This document shows positions 37,601 to 46,850 of a stretch of 64,000 nt of DNA, piece by piece. The stretch comes from Lobosporangium transversale (lineage: Eukaryota). Location: the NCBI RefSeq assembly GCF_002105155.1, contig NW_019028981.1, positions 1,364,001 through 1,428,000 on the forward strand. The letters run 5' to 3'. Positions within the stretch are counted from its first letter, which is position 1. Each line of letters opens with the position of its first letter. Below the pieces are notes generated by a model. The model saw only the letters and a program-made list of their open reading frames with translations, was not told where the DNA came from and made no database searches. Made by a program: the position numbers and the translations under genes.

Positions 37601-38342
37601 AAAATGGAGTACTGGAAGGACAGTTCTGTATGTTGATAAAGCGTGTATTCAAGGTGTTACTGGACTAGGTGATGCCAATAAGAAACTTCTGAAGGAGCGT
37701 TGCGTCGTTGGAAATCCATCGGAACGTTTGAATATCCAAGAGGTGAGCAAGAAGTTCCTGAAAGCAGCAACGGCAGCAGCAACAACATCCAAGAAATCAT
37801 TCTCTGCTAGCAACAAATACAACCGACCGCGCTCCAAATCCAGGCCAAAGTCGACCGAGTTTAACAGATTCAGTATGTCGAACGTGACCCATATGACCAA
37901 CATGTCCAGCATGTCCTTTAAGGAAAACAGGACTGTGTCAGCGATAGTAGAAACAGATAGTAGCGACATCAACTATGATCATAAGCACAACGACAGCCCT
38001 GACCACAACCACAACCACAACCACAACATCAGTCAGAGCAAAGCCGATAACAGCAGCACCGCTCTTAGTCACATCAATCACAACCACAGCTATAACGCCG
38101 ACCACAACGGCAACAGTAACAACAGCAACAGCAACAACAATAGCAGCAACAGCAGTATCGCTCGTAACCACGTCAGCCACAACCACGACCATTCCCATAA
38201 CTTTAATAGCTCTAAAGGGCAAATCCTGATATCATGGGGTGATTCGCCAAACAGTGGCCTGAGACTCTCGTGTACTACATGCAGTTTTGTACAGACATTT
38301 CAATGTAGCTGCAATGGCTGTAAGCAACCTAAAGAAGAATAA
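31689..38342 (+). CDS. Fungal NLR-like protein: helical/ARM-like N-terminus, NACHT, pentapeptide repeats, WD40 repeats, low-complexity tail; 2 exons
   Basis: Intron 33541-33651 joins the two ORFs in frame. Walker A GDSGAGKS, Walker B ICDGYDE, HRSILEY, AAANAMTILVRAG, ADLRGIQIPGADL, and many GH..V..VAYSPDG..ASxS.D.TVRLWD repeats. Confidence 0.92.
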
Positions 38343-39039
38343 CAATAATAATAGCAATAATATCAATGATAATAATAACTGCGATAATGCTAATAGCAAT
38401 AATAATAATAATATATAGTAATATTAATGATAATAGTAATAAAACCCCTTTGACCTTCTGATTACTGCGATAATTTTTTCTATTTGGACAATCGATATAA
38501 TTACATTGCCATACTCTTACAATAATATGTGGGTCTAACTGATATCACAATCCCTAATAGGATGCCCTACGATCAGCTACAGGCTCCTCCAATGGCCAAG
38601 CGTCCACTGAATCTCTTTGATTTCCATCTTTGGTGCCGTGCGTATAAACTCAACTCAATGGAAGGCAAGTAATTGCAAAGCTTCATGTTGATTGATATAG
38701 TCTTTGTGTATGAAAAGCATTCACTGATAATTAGGGTGACACATGACTTTTTTTTTTAAATATCAAAAAGTTATTATGCTTTAATTAAATGAAATGCTGA
38801 GGATGAATTTCAGATGCCTAACGAAGTTAGAAAGTGGAGACATGGTATATAAAAGGAAGGTGGATAATAGAAAGCGCAGTACTTAATTCAAAAGGAGAAG
38901 AGGTTGACTGATAGATTAAAGAGGTAAAAGAGAAAAGTGCTTGTTTCTTGAAATGAAAATGACTAAGAACTGCAGTCATTACACAAATGCTTTGGAGACC
39001 TTAAACAGGGTGTGCGATATATTAATATATTGATAATGC

Positions 39040-40966
39040 TTATTTTTGAATGGCAATGTCTCCGTGCAAACGTTCTGATTCCTTTGTCTGTTCTGCTGCA
39101 TAGCGCCTCGAGCTTTTCTGTGGTAAGATTGTGCATGTGCCGCGTTGGGGTGCAAGTGGGAGGAAAGTACATTGGGGTCGATATCCTGCGGCTTTGAGCC
39201 CATCTCGGTTAAGAAATGAAGTGGGCATATATCCCATGATCAGTTGTCGTAACAGCCGGTCGGACCATTTTTGACCAAACATGATCTTACCCTGCATCTT
39301 GCTCGACTTGAACTGAAATTCAACATATGGATGCCGCTGTTCTTTATAATCTTGAAAGGCAGCCGTAATGTTTTGTGGTGTTGCACAATCCGCAATTTCA
39401 TACAGACAGTTGGCCAGGATTACAGCATCTTGTAGTGCATTCACTGCACCTTGACCGCGGCTTGGTGACATTTTATGTGCAGCTTTGAAATGTTTAATAG
39501 CAGATATTCAACAGCAAGAGCAAAAATTCGCATTAGAATGAAATATAAAGGGTGCACATCTTCTACATTTTTAACTTGATCTTTTTTCTTTCTTTTGGCA
39601 CCTACCATCCCCAATCAACACGGTACGGCCATGGTACCAGGTCTCAAAGAGTTTTTCTTCTAAAAAGACCTTGGATATTCTGTTGCGCGGGGTTGCGTCC
39701 ACAATCTGCCCGAGAGGCCCATAGGATGTAGGGAAGTTGTATACTTCTTTGATCAGGTCATCATTCCCTTCGGGTCCCCATTCTGAGGTGCGAAACGCCA
39801 TATCATCAGCTGCAGAGGACTTTAATTGCATTTGCACCCCCCAACATATCTTATTGTTTGGTACAGTGATTGTATGCCACTACAAATTTGTTTGAGATGT
39901 GTGGTTGTGAATATGGATGCATATCAAAGCAAACAAACAAACAAACACAAATATGAGCTTAGGAAGTCAGAAAGTCGGCCAGAGAATGTAGAAAGTATAC
40001 AAATATTTGCTCACTTTCACTTACAGTATAGGGCTTCCCTTTACCAAAGACAAATCTGAAATGGGTATAGTTATCCTTCAGGTCTGGAATCTTTTCATTG
40101 TCTAATGGATCTGTGGTCCCAACCATAGTCATGTATCCAATCTTGAATCCTAGAGTATCGCTGATCGGTAGTAAATTTTGTTGTCTTAGATATTTATAAA
40201 GACTTTGACGGACACCTGAGTAAGCCCCATCTGCACCGACAATAATATCTCCTAAATAGGACGAGTTGTCCGAGCAATGAATGATGACTCCACCTTCAGC
40301 TGGATGCTCGATGGAGAGTACTTTTTTCCCGAAGAGGATCTTGTGTGATGGCACTTGAGCCAATAATAAATTGTAGAACTCTGGTCGAGAGAACACAAAG
40401 GTTTGATAGCCAACCCTTGTTTTGGGACAATAGTAGAAATTAGAAAAGGTTAAATTATGATTATTGTACTGTGACAAAAAAGAGGAGTCCATGTGTTTAC
40501 AGGAATAGACCACCATTTGCAATATAGGAGATGTAAAAAAGAGAGAGGTCGTCATACTTATCAACGAAAGCTTTGCCTTCTTTATATCGGATCTTGGTCA
40601 TGTCTTCATTGTACAGGTGCATCCCGGGAATTGAGAAGCTGATCTTTTTTAGCTCATCGAACAAGCCTAATTGCTCAAATACTGGAAGGATGTTCACGTT
40701 CAGTGCTAGGATGGCGCCTATTGCAAAATAGAGAATAACTTTATTTTAAGTTTCCAGCATGAATCCTATATAAACGTACATGGATAAGGGAGGTTGCCGT
40801 CAACATGTATTTACATTGCCCTTTTTTTACCTAATGTCTTCACTGTTGTAGCGCGTTCAAAGATAGTATATGGTATGTTGGCACGTTCTAGGAGGGTACC
40901 CAAAAAAAGGCCTGCGATACCACCGCCAACTATCATTACATTGGGAGGGTTGGTTCGAGTATTCAT
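39040..40966 (-). CDS. FAD-dependent monooxygenase (FAD_binding_3 family), multi-exon
   Basis: MNTRTNPPNVMIVGGGIAG, VGADGAYSGVRQ, and LIGD|AAHKMSPSRGQGAVNALQDA. Confidence 0.9.
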
Positions 40967-42411
40967 TATTGAGCTATAAAGTTAATATATATGGTGGGTA
41001 CAGAAAGGTAATATCGCAAAAGCGTGAGACTAACAAGTGAATGAGAAACAGTGGGCGATAGAATGAGTGAATGAGATGGTCGCAATTAGGGAAGTGAGGA
41101 AGAGAGAGGGAGAGGGGGGGGAGAGGGGAGGAGAGGGGTATAAGAATGTTTTCATTGAGATGCAACCACATCTATGCTCCTTGTCTGTTGTTTAACCATC
41201 CAGCAATGGTGGTTGCACAGAAAAAAGAATGTTAGTTAGTAATTGCGTTCAGACTCCATGCGGCGACAATCAATGTATGGCAGTTTTGTGTTCTTAGATC
41301 TCTTTCTCTTTCTCTTTCTCTTTCTCTTTCAGAAGAAGAAATAATCAAGCTCTTCCCCTGTACAAGTTTAGGAACAGACGCTTGCACTTCACTGCAAACA
41401 GTAATGTGCATAGTTGGCGGTCATGGACATGGACATATTTGCAATCCATCTATCCTCACATGGCAACTTTTTTCTCTCTTACCATCCAGAATTCGCAATG
41501 CTCTTTTCCACTGTCCTTCATTTAATCCCAAGAAAAAAAAAAAACGTGTGCTCTCGTTTCCTTCAAGGAATATGTGCTACCAAATGAACATGAAAATATA
41601 CTTCTCTTTAATCCTTGTGTAACTGTGTAACCTGCTGCTCAATGGTCACTGCTTATTACTGTATCTTAGTCTGCCACACTTTCTCCTTCTCCTTTGGAAT
41701 ATATTTTTGTCTGGCATCTTTATTTACTTCTGCTTGCTGCTATGAGTCAAGCTTACTACTTTCCTTTCCATACATCGATAATCATGTATACTCCTTTTAT
41801 TCTAAAGGTGCATCAAAATTGGGGTCATACATGGATATGGTTGCTCTCGTCCTTAGTTACAATGTCGACAAATAGCTCATTAAAGGATAATAGTACCAAT
41901 TCCATCCTGACTTCAGTGTAGCCATCGCTGTCATGAGCAACGAGACGAGACAGAAGACATATACCTATGTATCACTGACCGCATTGTATAATGCCCGCTC
42001 AATGATAATAATCGTGAATACCGCTGTGTTTGAAACATAAGTCAATTCCAAATACTCTTAAGGAGGGCCTCGTGTCGATAACGGACTTCAATGCGGATAG
42101 GCTACCATCGTTAAACCTTACTCTAATACTCGCAGTGAAGCATTGGCGTGATCTAGGCGGCCTTTGAGGCTTGTAAATAAATAAATAAATAAAAAACAAA
42201 ATATAAAAAAGTTCGTTATTATGAAGAATGTGCATAAGCCTTGTTTATATGATTATCCTCGTAGCCATGGTCCATATGTGTGACCTCTTTTTATTCCTTC
42301 TGACCGAGAAAAAACTAAAAATAAAATAAATAAAATCTAGCGTTCGCTCTGATCTACTCTCTATCTTCTTTTTTCTCGCTCAGGAACACATCCAGCGTAT
42401 TGAAGTTCCAA

Positions 42412-43305
42412 ATGAGCGAGTATGACACTTCTGATCCAATTATACACTCTCTCCAGAGCCAGCTGGCTACACTCACCAGCCGGCTTGAGGCTCTCTCGAC
42501 TAGCTCTGAATCCAGTCGATCGAACCCCTACTTGGTTCCAAAAGAACCAGCTTACGAAATTACACCTGACGACTCCATTCTCGTCCACTACCCAGCAATG
42601 GACGGGAAAGATTTTTTCAAACATAAATCTGGAAACCGTGCAGACGATCTTGCATATGCAACAGAAATGGCTAAAGAGATGCAGTCTTTTGCCAAAAACA
42701 CAACCCAAACCTATTCTGCACCCAAATCGGCACTCATTGACTGGCCCGACTCTTCCTCTCACCACAGTTCCACGGACAAAACAATCTCACGCTATCAATC
42801 ACGATTGACAAACCTTACAAGACCACTTGATCAATTTGCCACGGAAATGTTTTCCTACGAAGTTGACCCTGCGGTCGCACAAGCGTGTTTACAGCTCGCA
42901 CAGACAATGCGTGAACATATTGCACACCTTGCACAGCAAATGTCAAGCGACAGGGAGGACCTTGTTTACCAAGCGCACAAAATTTCAGTCACCAAGGACA
43001 CAGTTGATCCACCAATTGTCTCTACTTCAGACTTCATTGAAGCCAGCAAATTGGCAAAGAGTGTTCGTCAGGCTACTAACCCGACAAGACAACGGGCGTA
43101 CAACAGGAGGACTCAAAACCGGAGTTTCTTTAGCGCAAATACTCATCCATCGGGTCAAACTCAGACCGCCCACTATCAAAATGACAATGGTTCTTTTTTT
43201 GGGCGAGGCCAAAATCCAAGGAGAGGGGGACGAGGCCGAGGCCGAGGCTACCAAACCCCTCAATCCAACCAGACAAGTCAGGCACAGACTGCAGGCCAGC
43301 AGTAG
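42412..43305 (+). CDS. DIRS gag-like ORF1
   Basis: First ATG after the left ITR, coiled-coil N-terminus, RPLD motif, RG-rich C-terminus (RRGGRGRGRG). Confidence 0.8.
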   Translation: MSEYDTSDPIIHSLQSQLATLTSRLEALSTSSESSRSNPYLVPKEPAYEITPDDSILVHYPAMDGKDFFKHKSGNRADDLAYATEMAKEMQSFAKNTTQTYSAPKSALIDWPDSSSHHSSTDKTISRYQSRLTNLTRPLDQFATEMFSYEVDPAVAQACLQLAQTMREHIAHLAQQMSSDREDLVYQAHKISVTKDTVDPPIVSTSDFIEASKLAKSVRQATNPTRQRAYNRRTQNRSFFSANTHPSGQTQTAHYQNDNGSFFGRGQNPRRGGRGRGRGYQTPQSNQTSQAQTAGQQ

Positions 43306-46147
43306 GTGGCCGTTTACAGATTTACAGAGAAGCATGGGCTCTCATAACCGACAACGAATGGGTCAAGTCGGTCGTCTCCGAGGGATTCAAAATCCCTTTC
43401 CACAAACGGCCACCGATATCCAGTTCAACAGCGTACCAAGCTCGAGTAGCAGCGGAGGAAGAGAAGGCGATCGATCAAGAGGTAATCGCACTCTTAGCCA
43501 AAAGAGCAATAGAGGTCGCTTCGGGCCCTGGTTTCAAGAGCCGAATATTCACTATCCCCAAGAAAACCGGGGACATTCGTCCAGTCTTAAATCTAAGACC
43601 GTTGAATGCCTACGTCTCAGAGCGGCACTTCAAAATGGAGACGATGACGACAGTATGCGCAATGTTACAGAAGAACGACTTTATGACAAGCATCGACCTA
43701 TCAGACGCATTTTTTCACGTACTAATCCATCCAGATTATCGTCATTATCTACAGTTCCAATGGAAGAACCGGAAATTTCAATTCCGTACACTTCCCTTCG
43801 GGCTCTCACTCTCTCCGCTAGTGTTCACCAAAGTTCTCAAGCCTTTCCTCAAATGGGCACGACGACGAGGAATTCGCATATCAGCGTACCTAGACGATTT
43901 GATAATCCTAGCCAAGAACAAAGAACAATCAATCCAGTTCACTCAACTAGTGCAAGACAAGTTGGCAGCGCTAGGATTCCTCATCAAGGAAGCCAAGTCT
44001 ACGTTGATCCCGTCACAGAAAATAGACCATTTAGGCTTCACCATCAACTCCCGGGATATGACTGTCACAGTTCCGAAATCCAAAGTCAGGGACATACGGC
44101 GCGAGGCAGGAAAGCTACTACGAAAAGGCGCCACTTCTTTAAGGGAACTTTCTTCGTTCGTCGGGAAAGCAATGGCAACATCTATGGCAGTGTTCCCAGC
44201 GCGATTCATGACACGGAATCTGCTTCACCTCAAGAACACAGCACTAAAAGCCAAGGGAGCTTCTTGGTCGGACACGGTCACCCTCACGGAACCAGCCAAG
44301 GAGAACCTTCAATGGTGGAAGGAGCAATTGACGTCATGGAATGGTCTGTCATGGATTCAACAACAGACACAGATGGACATATACACGGATGCATCGGACA
44401 CCGGATGGGGGATCGTGATCAACAATCAAACATGGAGTGGCAAATGGACTCCACAAGAGAAAGACCACCACATCAACTGGAAGGAACTACAGACAGTTCT
44501 TCGAGCTGTTCAACTACCAATAACACAGGGCAAAATGATCAACATCATATGCGACAACACGACGACGATTGCACACATCAACAGGTTCGGAGGGACGAGG
44601 TCTCCGGAACTAATGAGACTAGCGGACACGTTATGGCGTCACTGCCTAGCAACGGGGACTCGACTTCGGACGACATACATCCCATCTGCATTCAACCCAG
44701 CGGATGCACCGTCACGGCGAATGATATCGCAATTGGAATGGAGGATCAGTCGCCCATTCTTTCAACAACTGGAACACCACTGGGGGCCACATCAGGTGGA
44801 CCTATTTGCGTCGGCACAGAACAAACAGCTACCGACATTTGTCTCATGGAAATTCCATCCAGATGCTCTGAAGATAGACGCCCTTCAACACAACTGGACA
44901 GAGATGGGCAACCTTTACATTTGCCCCCCATGGAATCTTCTATCAATCATCTTGGAGAGGATACAGACCCAGAAGCTGACAGCAACAGTAATAACCCCAT
45001 GGTGGCCGAGTGCAATATGGTTCCCAACCATCAAGGAGATGGCAGTAGCACCACCAATCCCGATCCCTCGGGAAGCAGTCCTACCAGCCGTCGGAAGCGC
45101 AAGCGATCTCCTCAGCAAGAATCCACTCTGGTCATTGACAGCATGGAGAATAAGAGGCGACGTAAAGATCTAGATGCAGGACTCTCACCATCCGCTATCA
45201 CTCTACTAGATTCAGCAGGTGCCAACAGCAAAACACGTCGACAATATCTGCCAACTCAAGAGGCTTTCGCAGTATGGGCTCAACAAGAAGGCTTCGACCC
45301 TAGTACGCCAAATGCAATTGCTGTAGTTAACTATTTATGCCATGCGCGGATTATCTATTCTTGGAGTAGGAATACCACTCTTAACAAAAAATCAGCCATC
45401 TTAAAGCTTTACGACGACACATCCGTGATCACAGGCAATATCTACTTTCAGCGGTTCATGGCAGCAATGAAAAGTACTGGCGTATTTCAAATGGAGCACG
45501 TATCCGCACTCGACATTTCACCCATCCTTTCATACTTCCGCATGGAGGACAATGTGGATCTTGATATGCCTAAGCTCTCTCGCAAGCTCTGCTGGCTCTT
45601 AGGCGTTTGTGCGTTTCTCCGGCCAGATGATATCGGTTGCATCGATGTGTCAAAGTCAGAGACCGATGAAAAGGGTCTTCTCCTTACCATAGTCTTCCCT
45701 AAGGAGCGACGCGATGGGCAGCGCATCATAAAGTCGATCTTCGTAGGTAGACACCCTAACGACAAGAAAATTTGCCCAGTCGAGGCCTATACAGAATACA
45801 CCAGACGGATAGCGGACACACCTCTCGAAATCGAGCACCACAAAGATCAGGATTATAAATTCAATCCTCTTATGCGCTTTGTGAAAGACAAGTCTAAAGT
45901 CCTTAGGGTCAGTACCATAGGCACTTTTATGAATGAAATCACACGTCGAATTCCAAATCTTCCGTCGAAACGGCCTCCACCAAAGCCACGCGCTATAGGA
46001 TCAACCTTGGCAGCCATCGCTGGCGTATCAACCCAAGATATCATGGTTCAAGGGAATTGGTCGTCTGACAAGGTTTTCAACAAACACTACCGTGTTTCCC
46101 GCAAAGCCAATTCAAATTTGACGACGTCTGTTTTTGGTTCGCTCTGA
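42827..46147 (+). CDS. DIRS tyrosine recombinase ORF with a long N-terminal extension overlapping pol
   Basis: C-terminal FLRPDD, PKE, CPVEAY, RAIGST, GNWSS..VF.KHY. The frame is stop-free for 1106 codons; the true start is uncertain (first ATG at 43181). Confidence 0.85.
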   Translation: MINLPRKCFPTKLTLRSHKRVYSSHRQCVNILHTLHSKCQATGRTLFTKRTKFQSPRTQLIHQLSLLQTSLKPANWQRVFVRLLTRQDNGRTTGGLKTGVSLAQILIHRVKLRPPTIKMTMVLFLGEAKIQGEGDEAEAEATKPLNPTRQVRHRLQASSRWPFTDLQRSMGSHNRQRMGQVGRLRGIQNPFPQTATDIQFNSVPSSSSSGGREGDRSRGNRTLSQKSNRGRFGPWFQEPNIHYPQENRGHSSSLKSKTVECLRLRAALQNGDDDDSMRNVTEERLYDKHRPIRRIFSRTNPSRLSSLSTVPMEEPEISIPYTSLRALTLSASVHQSSQAFPQMGTTTRNSHISVPRRFDNPSQEQRTINPVHSTSARQVGSARIPHQGSQVYVDPVTENRPFRLHHQLPGYDCHSSEIQSQGHTARGRKATTKRRHFFKGTFFVRRESNGNIYGSVPSAIHDTESASPQEHSTKSQGSFLVGHGHPHGTSQGEPSMVEGAIDVMEWSVMDSTTDTDGHIHGCIGHRMGDRDQQSNMEWQMDSTRERPPHQLEGTTDSSSSCSTTNNTGQNDQHHMRQHDDDCTHQQVRRDEVSGTNETSGHVMASLPSNGDSTSDDIHPICIQPSGCTVTANDIAIGMEDQSPILSTTGTPLGATSGGPICVGTEQTATDICLMEIPSRCSEDRRPSTQLDRDGQPLHLPPMESSINHLGEDTDPEADSNSNNPMVAECNMVPNHQGDGSSTTNPDPSGSSPTSRRKRKRSPQQESTLVIDSMENKRRRKDLDAGLSPSAITLLDSAGANSKTRRQYLPTQEAFAVWAQQEGFDPSTPNAIAVVNYLCHARIIYSWSRNTTLNKKSAILKLYDDTSVITGNIYFQRFMAAMKSTGVFQMEHVSALDISPILSYFRMEDNVDLDMPKLSRKLCWLLGVCAFLRPDDIGCIDVSKSETDEKGLLLTIVFPKERRDGQRIIKSIFVGRHPNDKKICPVEAYTEYTRRIADTPLEIEHHKDQDYKFNPLMRFVKDKSKVLRVSTIGTFMNEITRRIPNLPSKRPPPKPRAIGSTLAAIAGVSTQDIMVQGNWSSDKVFNKHYRVSRKANSNLTTSVFGSL
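43185..45173 (+). CDS. DIRS pol: reverse transcriptase, RNase H, adenine-methyltransferase-like domain
   Basis: The frame is open from 43185. Motifs VGGRL..W..GFKIPF, IDLSDAFFH, LPFGLSLSP, AYLDD, TDASDTGWG, HINWKEL, CDN, NPADAPSR, VDLFAS, YICPPW. Confidence 0.93.
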   Translation, partial: QWFFFWARPKSKERGTRPRPRLPNPSIQPDKSGTDCRPAVGGRLQIYREAWALITDNEWVKSVVSEGFKIPFHKRPPISSSTAYQARVAAEEEKAIDQEVIALLAKRAIEVASGPGFKSRIFTIPKKTGDIRPVLNLRPLNAYVSERHFKMETMTTVCAMLQKNDFMTSIDLSDAFFHVLIHPDYRHYLQFQWKNRKFQFRTLPFGLSLSPLVFTKVLKPFLKWARRRGIRISAYLDDLIILAKNKEQSIQFTQLVQDKLAALGFLIKEAKSTLIPSQKIDHLGFTINSRDMTVTVPKSKVRDIRREAGKLLRKGATSLRELSSFVGKAMATSMAVFPARFMTRNLLHLKNTALKAKGASWSDTVTLTEPAKENLQWWKEQLTSWNGLSWIQQQTQMDIYTDASDTGWGIVINNQTWSGKWTPQEKDHHINWKELQTVLRAVQLPITQGKMINIICDNTTTIAHINRFGGTRSPELMRLADTLWRHCLATGTRLRTTYIPSAFNPADAPSRRMISQLEWRISRPFFQQLEHHWGPHQVDLFASAQNKQLPTFVSWKFHPDALKIDALQHNWTEMGNLYICPPWNLLSIILERIQTQKLTATVITPWWPSAIWFPTIKEMAVAPPIPIPREAVLPAVGSASDLLSKNPLWSLTAWRIRGDVKI

Positions 46148-46150
46148 AGT

Positions 46151-46241
46151 CACATATGGACCATGGCTACGAGGATAATGATCTGGAAGTGCTACAAAGG
46201 ACGCACTATCCTCATTATCAGAGTAGCCATGGGACATATGT
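46151..46241. repeat. DIRS internal complementary region (ICR)
   Basis: 46151-46178 is the reverse complement of the left terminus 42253-42280. The remainder is the reverse complement of the right terminus up to 46428. Confidence 0.95.
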
Positions 46242-46850
46242 CCCTCCCACACCTCCCTTTTCTTTTCACTCGTTACTAGATAGAGAGTAGATCAGAGCGA
46301 ACGCTAGATTTTATTTATTTTATTTTTAGTTTTTTCTCGGTCAGAAGGAATAAAAAGAGGTCACACATATGTCCCATGGCTACTCTGATAATGAGGATAG
46401 TGCGTCCTTTGTAGCACTTCCAGATCATAACGTTGGCGATATACAATTAAAGGATATCTGTGGTGTAAGGGCCAACTGTAATCCGGTAAATGCATTGTCA
46501 ATCTTGCAAGTACATTGGAAGCTTAAAATTGCTCGCGCCGACGTGTAATATCTACTGATGGTACTGCCTACTCCACCCTGCAATACATGTTGAGTATTTT
46601 AGTAGCTCAGTATTACAATACTTTAGTATAAACTAGTCGATACAGCACCCTTATTTCCGTCCGCTTGCGAAATATTGTAGTGCTAAACTCTCACAGGTTT
46701 AGCGCAGTCCATGGAACAAGTAGATCTTTTGTGGCCGCGAGCGGACCCATAAGATGTTATCTTCATGGATACTATAATAAACGAGGAATAGATTGTGGTA
46801 GTTAATGACACTTTTATTACAGAGATGGGTTAATAATTCAAAATGGGTAT

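Larger units (their letters stand above)
42252..46428 (+). mobile_element. DIRS1-type tyrosine-recombinase retrotransposon, apparently intact
   Basis: Inverted terminal repeats 42261-42366 / 46278-46383 (2 mismatches), internal complementary region 46151-46241 matching both termini, and gag, RT-RNaseH-MT and YR ORFs. Confidence 0.96.

Noticed and set aside
37938..38229. Val-rich and Thr-rich alternative-frame ORFs
   Set aside because: By-products of trinucleotide low complexity in the NLR tail.
30475..46660. Exact 16-mer GCACCCTTATTTCCGT at 30475-30490 and 46645-46660
   Set aside because: A single short match with no flanking homology or inverted partner; compatible with chance in 64 kb.
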